DNA of 64,000 nucleotides from an uncultured Acidimicrobiaceae bacterium (GTDB lineage: Bacteria; Actinomycetota; Acidimicrobiia; Acidimicrobiales; RAAP-2), in the NCBI GenBank assembly GCA_963742035.1, contig CAVUKH010000008.1, positions 142,504 through 206,503 on the forward strand, in the 5' to 3' direction. Of this stretch, positions 1 through 9,747 are shown piece after piece. How positions within the stretch are numbered: position 1 is the first letter of the stretch; each line of letters opens with the position of its first letter. Both the position numbers and the translations under genes were made by a program. The notes under the pieces are model-generated. The model did no database searches. It was not told the origin of the DNA and saw nothing but the letters and a program-made list of their open reading frames with translations.

Positions 1-712
1 GAGCACGATGCCAACGGACAGGAACGTGAACGCGACCAGCGTCCAGCGCCGGCACTCGATCTGCCAGCGGTCTCCCACCCGTCCCGTGGCCAGCATGCCG
101 ATGGCGAAGGCGAAGGGCACGGTGAACACGACGAAGCCGACGTAGAGGAGTGGTGGGTGGATGGCCACCAACGGGTTGTCCTGCAGCAGCGAGTTCGGGC
201 CGAGCCCCTGCGTCGCCCCCGGCGCGGTCACGAAGGGGTTGGCCGGACCGACCATGAGACCGAAGAAGAAGGCCGAGACGACGTAGAGGACGAGCGTGGC
301 AAAGCGGATCACGGAGTCGCGGGCCTGGGCGCGGTAACGCCACACGAAAATGGTCGTGACGACGGCCAGGATGAGGCCCCACAGCAGGATCGATCCGGCG
401 AGCGCAGACCACATTCCGGTGATGGAGTACAGCAACGGGGTCACGGTGCTGTTGTTCTGCGCCACGAAAACCAGCGTGAAGTCGTGGGTCACGAGAGCGT
501 GCTCCATGGCGCCGGCCGCGCCGAGCGCGCCGACGAGCACCACCGGCGCCAGCAACCGAGCATCGGCACCCGAGCGCTCGACGGACGTTGAAACGCCGGG
601 CCCTTCGGCGACCCGCCGACGGGGCACCAGCCCGACGATACTCACGGCGATCCCGGCGAGGCAGGCCAGGAAGGCGAGCCAGACACCGATGGTCCCGAGG
701 TTGGCGTCGAGC
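1..712 (-). CDS. ccmF: cytochrome c-type biogenesis protein CcmF, N-terminal part (gene continues past the left edge)
   Basis: Not in ORF track because it is open at the window edge. Own translation of the minus strand from ATG 712..710: MLDANLGTIGVWLAF...VAQNNSTVTPLLYSITGMWSALAGSILLWGL...AIHPPLLYVGFVVFTVPFAFAIG. This is a multi-TM CcmF-like N-terminus. It starts 1 nt after the ccmE stop. Confidence 0.7.
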
Positions 713-713
713 A

Positions 714-1232
714 TCAGCAGGCCGGGCCGGTCTGCGGCTTCAACCGACCGGGATACGCCGCGCTGTACGTGCTCGAGTGCTTGATCAGGATGGAGTTCGA
801 GACGAAGTCATCCGACCTCTCCGACGTGAAGTGGCCCACGACGACCACGGGAACGCGGGCGTTGAACAAGCTCGGCGGGCTCCCGGTGTTGGCCACATGC
901 ACGACGTCGGCGCCCTGACAGATGGAGAAGTCGGAGCCGGCATCGGTGGCGTGGATGGTGTTGGGGACGACCGTTCCTTCCAGCCGGAACGTCTGTGTGC
1001 CCAGGGTCTGGCGGTGGGCCATGGCCTGGCTCACCGTGTCGAAGTAGTCGAGCGAGCTGCCGAGCCCCTCGACGAGGAGGAAGACGAGCGCCACGGCGAG
1101 GACGGCGAAGACGGCCAGGACTCGCCAGCTGGCCCGACGGCGACGGCGTGGTGGCGGAACGGCGGGGCCCCGGTGGACCTCGGACGTCGGCGGGCTGGGC
1201 GGCGGGGGCGGCTCGGTGGTCGTGCCGGTCAC
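714..1232 (-). CDS. ccmE: cytochrome c maturation heme chaperone CcmE
   Basis: ORF 714..1454. It has a TM anchor (WRVLAVFAVLAVALVFLLV), an OB-fold-like body and a C-terminal HxxxY heme-binding motif (IKHSSTY). Start set at in-frame GTG 1232..1230, which overlaps the ccmD TGA (GTGA). The track start lies inside ccmC. Confidence 0.85.
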   Translation of the reverse strand: MTGTTTEPPPPPSPPTSEVHRGPAVPPPRRRRRASWRVLAVFAVLAVALVFLLVEGLGSSLDYFDTVSQAMAHRQTLGTQTFRLEGTVVPNTIHATDAGSDFSICQGADVVHVANTGSPPSLFNARVPVVVVGHFTSERSDDFVSNSILIKHSSTYSAAYPGRLKPQTGPAC

Positions 1233-1387
1233 GACGGCTCGCCGTGGGCCGGCGCGGCCTCGGACTCCGCCACCGGCTCCGACATCTGCAGCGCCCGCTC
1301 CCAGCGCCGACGGCGCAGGACCAGGGAGATGGCGTACACGAACAAGGCTCCCAGCGAAATGGCGTAGCCGGCGTCGACGTAGTTCAC
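1229..1387 (-). CDS. ccmD: heme exporter protein CcmD (52 codons, absent from ORF track)
   Basis: Own translation: VNYVDAGYAISLGALFVYAISLVLRRRRWERALQMSEPVAESEAAPAHGEPS. It has a single TM followed by an Arg cluster, as in CcmD. GTG 1387..1385 overlaps the ccmC TGA, and its own TGA overlaps the ccmE GTG. It sits in the canonical ccmC-D-E position. Confidence 0.6.
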   Translation of the reverse strand: MNYVDAGYAISLGALFVYAISLVLRRRRWERALQMSEPVAESEAAPAHGEPS

Positions 1388-2163
1388 GCTGCCCCACCGC
1401 CCGGGCTGGGCGACGGCGTGGCTGTGCTCGCAGCGACGAGCTCGGCGTCCTCACTCCAGCGCTCGCTCAGCGACACCTCCAGCTCCTGGTCGCCCACCGC
1501 GTCCTGCAGCACCTCCACCTGGTAGCGCACGCCGAGGAGCCAGACGAAGACGAGGCTGAAGGCGACGAAGCCGAGCAGGAACGTCCACGACATGGATGGC
1601 GACGCGTGAATTTGGAACCCCGGGTCGATGAAGGTGCCACCCTGGTGCAGCGTGTTCCACCAGTCGACCGAGAAGTGCACGATCGGGATGTCGATGGCGA
1701 TGAGCAGAGCGGCTACCGCACAGCGGCGGGCGCGGATCGCCGGCTCCGCCGGGACGCGGCGCAGCGCCAGATAGCCGATTTCGAGCAACAACAACAGCGC
1801 GGTCGAGGTCAACCGGGCGTCCCAGGTCCACCAGACGCCCCAGACGGGGCGGCCCCACAGCGAGCCGGTCACGAGCGTCAGTGCGGCGAACACCGCTCCC
1901 ACTTCGACCGACGCCGCGGCGAGCCGGTCCCAGAAGAACGAACGCGTGCGCGGCCAGAGGTACAACAGGCTTCCACCGGCGGCCACCAGCCCGACCCAGT
2001 AGAGCGCCACCGTGGCGATGGCGGGGTGGATGTAGAGCAGCCGGGCCAGGTTCCCCTGGAACCGGTCCGGCGGCGTCACCCAAAGACCGAGCCACACCGT
2101 GAACCCCATGGCGACCACGCCGAGCAGCCCGACGACGGTGAGCCAGCGCGGCCGTCGGGACAT
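1384..2163 (-). CDS. ccmC: heme exporter protein CcmC
   Basis: ORF 1384..2505 trimmed to ATG 2163..2161 (MSRRPRWLTVVGLL). It carries the Trp-rich WWD-type motif WGVWWTWDARL and multiple TM segments. Confidence 0.9.
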   Translation of the reverse strand: MSRRPRWLTVVGLLGVVAMGFTVWLGLWVTPPDRFQGNLARLLYIHPAIATVALYWVGLVAAGGSLLYLWPRTRSFFWDRLAAASVEVGAVFAALTLVTGSLWGRPVWGVWWTWDARLTSTALLLLLEIGYLALRRVPAEPAIRARRCAVAALLIAIDIPIVHFSVDWWNTLHQGGTFIDPGFQIHASPSMSWTFLLGFVAFSLVFVWLLGVRYQVEVLQDAVGDQELEVSLSERWSEDAELVAASTATPSPSPGGGAA

Positions 2164-2174
2164 CGTCCGCGTGC

Positions 2175-2843
2175 TCACGACGCCTCCTGGAGTGGCCCGT
2201 AGAGAACGACGCCCACCACCAGGTAGATCACCGCGAAGGGCACGAGGATTTTGAGCCACTGGGTCCCCGACGCGGCGTTGCCGTCGAGCGCGGCCCCCCA
2301 CGCCTTGGAGCCGGCCAGGAGGACGGGGGCCAGGACGGGCAGCACGAGCAGCGGCAGGAGGGTGTCGCGCACCCGGAGTCCGGCCGACAACGCGCCGTAG
2401 AGCACCCCGGCGCACGCCAGACCGACGGTGGCGAGCAGGCTGGCCGTCACCGCCAGCCAGACGACGTGGACCCGCACGTCGAACAGGAAGGTGATGCCGG
2501 CCCACAGGACCAGCTGCAAGACGAGCAACTGCAACCCCACGGCCGCCGCCTTCCCCAGGAAGATCCCCGCCGGGTCGATTCCCGAGAGCCGCAGGCCGTC
2601 ACGGGTACCCTCACCCGACTCGACGGCCACGCTGCGCTGAATGGCCAGCACGGTCGAGAAAAGCAGGGCGACCCAGAAGATGCCCGGCGCGGCGTGGCGG
2701 AGCGACGCCTGGTCCGGGCCGATGGCGAACGCCAGCAGGACGAGGACGAGGACGGCGAAGGGGACGACCTGCCACAAGGCCACGCGGGCGCGTGCTTCAA
2801 TGCGGAGGTCCTTGCCCGCGACCAGCACCGCGTCATGCCACAT
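2175..2843 (-). CDS. ccmB: heme exporter membrane protein CcmB
   Basis: ORF 2175..2873. It is a polytopic ABC-2 type protein beginning MWHDAVLVAGKDLRIE. ATG 2843 is preferred, giving an 11-nt overlap with the ccmA end. A start at 2873 is also possible. Confidence 0.85.
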   Translation of the reverse strand: MWHDAVLVAGKDLRIEARARVALWQVVPFAVLVLVLLAFAIGPDQASLRHAAPGIFWVALLFSTVLAIQRSVAVESGEGTRDGLRLSGIDPAGIFLGKAAAVGLQLLVLQLVLWAGITFLFDVRVHVVWLAVTASLLATVGLACAGVLYGALSAGLRVRDTLLPLLVLPVLAPVLLAGSKAWGAALDGNAASGTQWLKILVPFAVIYLVVGVVLYGPLQEAS

Positions 2844-3579
2844 GGCTGGCCCCCGCGGCGCGTGCCGACGCACCCGGCGCCACGGCCGGCACCGCGGTCA
2901 GAGTGACGCGGCGACCGCCCGGCTCCTCACCGGTGACGCGTCCACCACCCATGGACACGACGCGGTCAGCCAGAGGAACCGAGAGCTCCGGTTCGTGTGA
3001 AGACAGGAGCACGCTCGCCCCGTCGACCACCGCGTCGCCGATCAGCTGTCCGAGGAGCGCGCGCGAGGTGGCATCGAGGCCGGCGTGCGGCTCGTCCAAC
3101 AACCAGAGGGCGGGGCGCCGCGCCAGCACCGCGGCCAGCGCCACCCGGCGACGCTGGCCGGCCGACAACCGGCCCGCCGACGTCGTGCGCAGGCGGCCGG
3201 TCAGACCCAGGCGCTCGAGCGCCTCGTCGCCGCGCGCGACGGGCAGGCCCAGGGCCCGTACGGCGAACTGGACGTTCTCCGCCGCGCTGAGCTCGTCGTA
3301 GAGGGGAGCGGCATGGCCCAGCAGGCCCACGTAGCGGCGCACCGAGGTGTGGTCCGTGGTCAGGTCGACGCCGAGGACGGTGGCCTCACCCGAGGTCACC
3401 GGCAACAACCCGGCGCAGACCCGCAGGAGGCTGGTCTTGCCGGCACCGTTGGCGCCGACGACGACGACGACCTCACCCTGGTCGAGAGACAGATCGACCC
3501 CGGCAAGGGCTGGGAAGCGGCCGGCGAGTGCGACCGCGGCACGAAAGTGGACGACAGGGGCCATGGCCTTCCCCACCAT
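2833..3579 (-). CDS. ccmA: heme ABC exporter ATP-binding protein CcmA
   Basis: Walker A GANGAGKT, ABC signature LSAGQRRR, Walker B LWLLDEP. It is the first gene of the ccm string. Confidence 0.85.
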   Translation of the reverse strand: MVGKAMAPVVHFRAAVALAGRFPALAGVDLSLDQGEVVVVVGANGAGKTSLLRVCAGLLPVTSGEATVLGVDLTTDHTSVRRYVGLLGHAAPLYDELSAAENVQFAVRALGLPVARGDEALERLGLTGRLRTTSAGRLSAGQRRRVALAAVLARRPALWLLDEPHAGLDATSRALLGQLIGDAVVDGASVLLSSHEPELSVPLADRVVSMGGGRVTGEEPGGRRVTLTAVPAVAPGASARAAGASHVA

Positions 3580-3739
3580 GGTAGGGGGGGCAGGTGTCAG
3601 GGTTCCAAGCGGGGGGTCAGGCGGCCGATCCGGCCCCCGTGGGCGCCAGGGCTGCCCGCAGCCGGGAGATCGGCCTGCTCAGCCGGGCTTCAGCCGATCG
3701 ACCGCATGGAAGGAGGACGAAATCCTTCCGGAACGTGCG

Positions 3740-4242
3740 TCAGCGCATGTGCCCCAGCGCCATGATCGGCTCGAGCGAACGGTCGTGGTCACCGGCGATT
3801 TCGGCGCGGGAGAAGTCCCGGAGGGCCTCCTCGTGCGCCACCAGCAGGCTGGCCGTCTCCCTCTCGGCCGGGCTCAGCTCGCCGATCCGCCGGTAGAGCG
3901 GAATGTACTGCGCCGTGATGGGACCGATGGTGGCCATCAGCTCGCCCCAGGACAACGCCAGCGCGCCCGGCAACAACGCCGCAGCAAGGGCTTGCGTCTC
4001 TGGATCGACATCGGTCGGAATGCCGGCCCGCTCCAGTGCCGGAGCCACCGCATCTTTGGTCCGTTGTTCCAGGGTGGCCAGCGTCCGCATGGCGGCGGCC
4101 TGACCGGGATCCTCGAGTTGGTCGGCGATCCCCCCGAACAACAGCTCGCCGAGGACCTCGCCCTGGTAGGCCTTGGTCCACAGCTCGGCCAGCCCGTCCG
4201 CGGGCGAGAAGATGGGATCGGGGGCGGGCTCGGCCTCGCTCA
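3740..4242 (-). CDS. hypothetical protein (167 aa, helical, acidic)
   Basis: C-terminal part of ORF 3740..5137, starting at ATG 4242..4240 (MSEAEPAPDPIFSPADGLAELW...). The upstream part of that ORF is antisense to the DJ-1-like gene. The gene is divergent from the one at 4334. No family recognised. Confidence 0.5.
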
Positions 4243-4333
4243 TCCCACGAACGCTACCGGCCCCGGATCCGCAGTGCCCGTGGTCCGCAGAGGCGCCGTC
4301 GATAGTCTCTCTGCCGCCGTGCTGACCGTTCTC

Positions 4334-5182
4334 ATGCCGCTGCCGGCGACTGATTTCGACCCGACCGAGGTGGCAGTCAGCTGGCAGGTGCTCACCACCC
4401 TGGGCCACCGGGTCGTGTTCGCCACGCCGTCGGGCCAGCCCGGGCAGGCCGACGACCTCATGGTCACCGGCCAGGGTCTCGACCCGTGGGGTGCCATCCC
4501 CGGGTTGCGTCGGATCACCGTGGTCGGCCGTGCCCTGCGCGCCAACGCCGACGCCCGACGCGCCTATGGCGCGTTGGCCGACGACCAGGCCTTCGGCGCG
4601 CCGTTGCACTGGGGTGCGGCCAGGCGGAGCGACTACGACGCGCTCGTGCTGCCCGGTGGACACCGGGCCCGCGGGATGCGCCCCTATTTGGAGAGCCCCG
4701 AGGTGCAGCGGATGGCCATCGACGCCTTCCGCGCCGACAAGCCGGTCGGCGCCATCTGCCACGGCGTGCTGGCGGCGGCCCGAGCCGTCGATCCCGTGAC
4801 CGGTCGCTCGGTGCTGCACGGCCGGCGGACCACCGCGCTCACCTGGGAGCTGGAACGCAAGGCCTGGGGCATCGCCCGCTACACGCGCTTCTGGGACTCC
4901 ACGTACTACCGGACCTATGTGGAGGAGCCGGGACAGCGCTGGGGCTTCATGTCGGTGCAGCAGGAGGTCACCAGGGCCTTGGCCGATCCCACCGATTTCG
5001 CCGACGTGGCGAAGGGCACACCGGACCGGCGGCGCAAGACGAGCGGGCGTGCCCGCGACACGTTGGACGACCCGCGGCCGGCCTGGGTCGTGCGCGACGG
5101 CTCCTACGTCTCGGCACGCTGGCCCGGTGACGCGCACACCTTCGCCCGGACATTCGCCGACGTCCTCGCGGAGCGGGCCTGA
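4334..5182 (+). CDS. DJ-1/PfpI-type (class I glutamine amidotransferase-like) protein
   Basis: 3' part of ORF 3347..5182 from ATG 4334 (MPLPATDFDPTEVAVSWQVL). It has the nucleophile elbow AICHG and LVLPGG typical of the DJ-1/PfpI fold. Confidence 0.8.
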   Translation: MPLPATDFDPTEVAVSWQVLTTLGHRVVFATPSGQPGQADDLMVTGQGLDPWGAIPGLRRITVVGRALRANADARRAYGALADDQAFGAPLHWGAARRSDYDALVLPGGHRARGMRPYLESPEVQRMAIDAFRADKPVGAICHGVLAAARAVDPVTGRSVLHGRRTTALTWELERKAWGIARYTRFWDSTYYRTYVEEPGQRWGFMSVQQEVTRALADPTDFADVAKGTPDRRRKTSGRARDTLDDPRPAWVVRDGSYVSARWPGDAHTFARTFADVLAERA

Positions 5183-5186
5183 AAGG

Positions 5187-5642
5187 TCAGCTCCCGTCCA
5201 GGACCAGGTCGAAGGCCTCCGGCGGCATCAGCTGCTCGAAGTAGAGGTCTTCCGCCTCCGCCCAGCGGGCCTCCCACTCCGCCCGGTCGTGCTCCCCCTC
5301 GCGCCGCAGAAGGCGCTCTCGTCGCGTCCCGCGGGGAGCCTCGAGCAGCACCCGCAGGTCGAAGAGGTCGGCCAGCTCCGGGCGGGCGCTGTAGGCGCCG
5401 TCGAGAATGACCACTCCAGAAGGGCCCGCGGTGACGGCGAGGCCGAGCCGGCCGTCGTCGGCGTCCCAGTCGTCGGGCCGCCAGGTCGCCGCCTCGCCCC
5501 GGGCCAGCTGCACGAGCAGCGCGCGTTGGCGCCTCCAGTCGATGACCAGGTCGACCTTGTCCGCCGCGCCGAGAGCATCCCAGAACGCAGGCTCACCGCC
5601 GCGGTAGAAGTCGTCGCCGTCCACGACGAGGGCGCCGGCCAC
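5187..5642 (-). CDS. uridine-kinase/AAA-like NTPase fragment lacking the P-loop region
   Basis: ORF 5187..5642 (GTG start). VVDGDDFY...VVILDGAYSARPELADLFDLRVLLEAP resembles the central and C-terminal part of small P-loop kinases. No GxxxxGK[ST] is encoded, and the ccdA stop lies directly upstream. Confidence 0.4.
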   Translation of the reverse strand: MAGALVVDGDDFYRGGEPAFWDALGAADKVDLVIDWRRQRALLVQLARGEAATWRPDDWDADDGRLGLAVTAGPSGVVILDGAYSARPELADLFDLRVLLEAPRGTRRERLLRREGEHDRAEWEARWAEAEDLYFEQLMPPEAFDLVLDGS

Positions 5643-5645
5643 GCC

Positions 5646-6470
5646 CTAACTCTTGGACAGGCGGCTGAGGCCGAGGTCGTTGAGGAGGTTCGACAGCTGC
5701 GACGACACCCAGCTGATGTTGTCGGTGAGCAGCAGCACGCCGAAGACGATCAGGACCAACCCGGCGACGAGCTCGACGGCCCAGAGCCAGTGGCGGGCCC
5801 TGGCCAGCGCGGCCGTCAGCCGTCCGAAGGCCAGGCCGACGAGCACGAAGGGCACCGCCAGCCCCAGTGAGTACGCGCACAGCAGCAGCACCCCCCCGGG
5901 CAGCGTGCCGTTGTGCGCCGCCAGTCCCAGGACGACGCCGAGGATGGGACCGATGCAGGGTGTCCAGGCGAAGGCGAACGCCATGCCCATGAGCGGCGCG
6001 GCCCAGACGCCAAGGCGCGAGGGGCGCACGTCGAACCGACGCTCACCCGTGACCCGCGACACGACGCCCAGGGTGCCGATCCCTGCGTGGGCCCACACCC
6101 TGGCCGGCAGGGCGGCGAGCAGCATGACGCCCCCGAGCAGAATGATGACGACCCCGCTCAGGTGGGCCAGGGTGACCTCGTGGGCAGTGAGGAGGCGCCC
6201 GATGCTCGACGCCGTCGCGCCCAGCGCGACGAAGACCACCGTGAAGCCGGCCACGAACAAGCCGATGCCGCGCAGGACGGGGCCCAGGGCGGCTGACGGC
6301 GTGGCGCCGTCGCCGCCGGCCTCCAGCTCGGCCGCCGAGAGACCCGAGACCATGGAGACGTAGCCCGGCACGAGGGGCAGCACGCAGGGGGAGACGAATG
6401 ACAGAATCCCTGCCCCGAAGGCGACCAGCACGCCGGCCGGATCGGCCGAGATCGCGGCGGGGACGAGCAT
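5646..6470 (-). CDS. ccdA: cytochrome c biogenesis thiol:disulfide transporter CcdA (DsbD family)
   Basis: ORF 5646..6578 trimmed to ATG 6470. It carries the two conserved Cys motifs FVSPCVLPLVPGY and WTPCIGPILG. Confidence 0.85.
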   Translation of the reverse strand: MLVPAAISADPAGVLVAFGAGILSFVSPCVLPLVPGYVSMVSGLSAAELEAGGDGATPSAALGPVLRGIGLFVAGFTVVFVALGATASSIGRLLTAHEVTLAHLSGVVIILLGGVMLLAALPARVWAHAGIGTLGVVSRVTGERRFDVRPSRLGVWAAPLMGMAFAFAWTPCIGPILGVVLGLAAHNGTLPGGVLLLCAYSLGLAVPFVLVGLAFGRLTAALARARHWLWAVELVAGLVLIVFGVLLLTDNISWVSSQLSNLLNDLGLSRLSKS

Positions 6471-6493
6471 GACGAGGAGCGCGGCGGCCCCGG

Positions 6494-7465
6494 TTACCTG
6501 AGGCTCTTGCGGACCAGATCCATGTCGGCCTCGACCATCATGGCGACCAGGCCCGGGAAGTCGACTTCGCGCTCCCATCCCAACACCGAGTGCACCTTGG
6601 CCGGGTCCCCCACCAGCAGGTCGACCTCGGCCGGACGCAAGAACCGCTCGTCAATCACGACGTGCTGCTCCCAATCCAATCCGGCGGCGTTGAAGGCGAG
6701 CCGGCACAGCTCGCGCACCGAATGCGTCTCACCGGTCGACACGACGTAGTCGTCCGGTCCGTCCTGCTGGAGCATCAACCACATGGCCCGCACGTAGTCG
6801 GCCGCATAGCCCCAGTCCCGCTGGGCGTCGAGGTTACCCAATGCCAGCTTGTCGTCGAGCTTGTTGGCGATCCGCGCCACCCCGTGCGTCACCTTGCGCG
6901 TGACGAACTCGAGACCACGCCGCGGAGACTCGTGGTTGAAGAGGATGCCCGAAGTGGCGTGCAGCCCGTAGCTCTCCCGGTAGTTCACCGTGATCCAGTG
7001 GCCATAGACCTTCGCCACGCCGTAGGGACTGCGCGGATACAGAGGCGTCGACTCGCGTTGGGGCACCTCCTGCACCTTGCCGAACATCTCCGACGAGCTG
7101 GCCTGGTAGAAGCGGATCTCAGGGTCGACGAGCCGGATGGCGTCGAGCATGCGCGTCACGCCCAGGGCCGTTGTCTCACCGGTGAGGACCGGCTGGGTGA
7201 AGCTGGTCTGCACGAAGGACTGGGCCGCGAGGTTGTAGACCTCGGTCGGGCGATGGTCGCGCAGGATGTTGATGAGCGACACCTCGTCGAGGAGGTCCCC
7301 GGCGACGAGCTCGAGCCGGTCCTGAATGTGCGCGATGCGCTCGAAGTTCAGTGTGCTGGACCGGCGAACCATGCCGATCACCGTGTAGCCCTGCCCCAGC
7401 AGGAACTCAGCCAAATACGAGCCGTCCTGGCCCGTCACGCCCGTTATCAGTGCCCGTTTTGCCAT
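6494..7465 (-). CDS. gmd: GDP-mannose 4,6-dehydratase
   Basis: From ATG 7465: [23 protein letters not shown]...YNLAAQSFV...SSSEMFG...[14 protein letters not shown]...[10 protein letters not shown]. This is the classic Gmd signature. Confidence 0.95.
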   Translation of the reverse strand: MAKRALITGVTGQDGSYLAEFLLGQGYTVIGMVRRSSTLNFERIAHIQDRLELVAGDLLDEVSLINILRDHRPTEVYNLAAQSFVQTSFTQPVLTGETTALGVTRMLDAIRLVDPEIRFYQASSSEMFGKVQEVPQRESTPLYPRSPYGVAKVYGHWITVNYRESYGLHATSGILFNHESPRRGLEFVTRKVTHGVARIANKLDDKLALGNLDAQRDWGYAADYVRAMWLMLQQDGPDDYVVSTGETHSVRELCRLAFNAAGLDWEQHVVIDERFLRPAEVDLLVGDPAKVHSVLGWEREVDFPGLVAMMVEADMDLVRKSLR

Positions 7466-7537
7466 CGGGGCAACGCTAGTCCACCCGCTGGTGGGCTCCC
7501 CGTGCACGCGTACAGTGCGGTCGTGGCGACGGCATGC

Positions 7538-8554
7538 ATGGTCTCGTTCCGCCTCGGCGGTGGTGACGGGGTGGCCGTCGAGGCAGCGAAATGGGCCGGT
7601 GCGCTGGGTGTCCTCGGCTGGACGGTGCGCACGGTCGCGGGCGCCGGGCCGGTGGACGCCGTCCTACCCGGGTTGGCCATGGACGCGGCGGAGCCCCCGA
7701 CCCGGGCCGAGGTGGAGGGCGCGCTGGGCGACGCCGACGTGGTCATCATCGAGAATCTCTGCTCGCTGCCGTTGAACCCGTCGGCGGCGGCCGTGGTGGC
7801 GCGGGCCTGCGCGGGGCGGCCGACGGTGCTACACCACCACGATCTGCCATGGCAGCGGCCCCACCTGGCGCACCTGGGGCCGCCCCCCGACGACCCCGCC
7901 TGGGTGCACGTGACCATCAACGAGCTGAGCCGCGCCGACCTGGTCACCCGCGGCATCACGGCAACGACGATCTACAACGCCTTCGACCCGGATCCGGCGC
8001 CGGGTGACCGGGTCGGTGTGCGCCGTGCCTGCGCCGTTCCCGACGGGACGCCGCTTCTGCTGCAACCAACTCGAGCGCTGGCGCGCAAGAACATCGCTGG
8101 CGGCATCGCCGTGGCCGAAGCACTCGACGGCACCTACTGGCTCCTCGGGCCCGCCGAGGACGGGTACGGACCAGAGCTCGACCGCCTCCTCGCCCACGCT
8201 CGCTGCCGCGTCGTTCGGGGCACACCGGATGGCGGCTGCTCGATCGCCGACGCGTATGCGGCGTGCGACGCCGTCCTCCTCCCCTCGCTGTGGGAGGGCT
8301 TCGGCAACCCGTCGGTGGAGTCGGCCACGTACCGGCGACCGTTGGCCATCGGCCCCTACCCGGTGGCGAGCGAGCTGGCTGCGTTCGGCTTCGAGTGGTT
8401 CGATGCAAGGGAGCCTGCAGCGCTGGGGGCCTGGCTCCGTCAACCGGATGCGCGCCTCATCGACCACAACCTGCAGGTGGCGGCCGCGCACTTCAACTTG
8501 GCCGACCTGCCGGAACGCCTGACAGCGGTCCTCGAGCGCGTTCACGGTCCCTGA
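7538..8554 (+). CDS. glycosyltransferase (GT-B, GT4-like)
   Basis: 3' part of ORF 6590..8554 from ATG 7538 ([16 protein letters not shown]). The C-terminal motif [17 protein letters not shown] is the E-x7-E-type region of GT4 enzymes. Divergent from gmd. Confidence 0.75.
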   Translation: MVSFRLGGGDGVAVEAAKWAGALGVLGWTVRTVAGAGPVDAVLPGLAMDAAEPPTRAEVEGALGDADVVIIENLCSLPLNPSAAAVVARACAGRPTVLHHHDLPWQRPHLAHLGPPPDDPAWVHVTINELSRADLVTRGITATTIYNAFDPDPAPGDRVGVRRACAVPDGTPLLLQPTRALARKNIAGGIAVAEALDGTYWLLGPAEDGYGPELDRLLAHARCRVVRGTPDGGCSIADAYAACDAVLLPSLWEGFGNPSVESATYRRPLAIGPYPVASELAAFGFEWFDAREPAALGAWLRQPDARLIDHNLQVAAAHFNLADLPERLTAVLERVHGP

Positions 8555-8574
8555 CCGTTCGGTAACCTGACGCG

Positions 8575-9198
8575 ATGTCGGCGACGGTACAGGCGTCCTC
8601 CAGGCGGCTCACGGCGGAGCAGCGCCGCCAGCAGCTCGTCGCGGTGGCGCTGGAGCTCTTTGCGCAACGGGGCTACCGCGCCACGACGATGGACGACATC
8701 GCCGAGGCCGCCGGCGTAACGAAACCGCTGCTCTACCAGCACTTCTCCTCCAAGCGCGCGCTCTACCTGGAGTTGGTCGACTCCATCGCCCAGGACCTCC
8801 TGGTCGCCATCGGACGCGCGGTGATGCGGGCCGAGGGCCCGCGCCAACAGGTCGAGCTGGGCTTCGCCGCCTACTTCCGCCTCGTCGTCAGTCACGAGGC
8901 GGAGTTCCGCCTGCTCTACGGCCGGGACCACGCGGACGACCTCGAGTTGGGTCGCGCCCTGCGCGCCGTCGAGGATGCCATCGCCGAGGCGATCGACCCG
9001 CTCATTGACGCGGGCCTCGACGACGACCACCGTCGCCTGCTCGCCTACGGCATCGTGGGCATGGCGGAGGGCGCCAGCCGTCGCTTCATGGCGCAGCGAC
9101 CCGACTCGGAGGCCGAGGTCGGCGAGGAGGCGCAGAAATTGGCGCGCCGCATGGCGGACCTGGCGTGGGCGGGGCTGCGTTCCGTCCACGCCGACTGA
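8575..9198 (+). CDS. TetR family transcriptional regulator
   Basis: N-terminal HTH LFAQRGYRATTMDDIAEAAGVTKPLLYQHFSSKRALY. Confidence 0.9.
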   Translation: MSATVQASSRRLTAEQRRQQLVAVALELFAQRGYRATTMDDIAEAAGVTKPLLYQHFSSKRALYLELVDSIAQDLLVAIGRAVMRAEGPRQQVELGFAAYFRLVVSHEAEFRLLYGRDHADDLELGRALRAVEDAIAEAIDPLIDAGLDDDHRRLLAYGIVGMAEGASRRFMAQRPDSEAEVGEEAQKLARRMADLAWAGLRSVHAD

Positions 9199-9219
9199 TT
9201 CGCTCCCCGGCGAGCCGAG

Positions 9220-9747
9220 TCAGACCAACGTGCTGAGCGTCCGGCACAACCCCCACAGCTCATCGACGCACGCGGCATAGACATCGGCCTCGTGCCCCGC
9301 CGGATCGAGGACGTCCTCGCCGTCGTCGAGCTTGACGTCACCGAGACCGAGCGCCGCCACCCGCCGGTCCAGAGCGGGTGGGGCCGGTGCCAGGTGCTGA
9401 CAGAGGTACCGGATGGTGGCCGTCTTCGCCGCGGCGTCGGGGAATTGACGGCGCACGAACCGCACGTGGTCGGCCTCCATCACCACCACCAGCTCGGCGT
9501 GCACGAGATCGACTCCGTGTACCTGGCGGCTCCGGTGCCGGCGGAAGTCGGCATCGGCCAGCTCGGGGAGACGCGTCAACGCGGTGCGGGTGCGCATCCC
9601 CATGGGCTGGCCGTCAATGGTATGGGTCCCCGCCGTCACGACGTGGAGCGGTTCGCCGGGGCGGCCGTTGGCCAACACGTCGAACATGAATCCAGCCATG
9701 ACCGACCGTGCCGCGTTGCCGGTGCAGAGCACCAGAAGATCGGTCAC
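9220..9747 (-). CDS. low-molecular-weight protein-tyrosine phosphatase / ArsC-like phosphatase
   Basis: ORF 9220..10020 trimmed to GTG 9747, which overlaps the TGA of the upstream gene (GTGA). It has the CX5R(S) P-loop LCTGNAARS at the N-terminus and a DP general-acid motif near the C-terminus. Confidence 0.8.
   Translation of the reverse strand: MTDLLVLCTGNAARSVMAGFMFDVLANGRPGEPLHVVTAGTHTIDGQPMGMRTRTALTRLPELADADFRRHRSRQVHGVDLVHAELVVVMEADHVRFVRRQFPDAAAKTATIRYLCQHLAPAPPALDRRVAALGLGDVKLDDGEDVLDPAGHEADVYAACVDELWGLCRTLSTLV

Noticed and set aside
3708-3729. Hairpin GGAAGGA-N8-TCCTTCC between the hypothetical gene stop (3740) and the ccmA start, as a terminator.
   Set aside because: The 7-bp stem is perfect, but there is no U-tract on the relevant (minus) strand. 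Support is too weak to list it as a feature.
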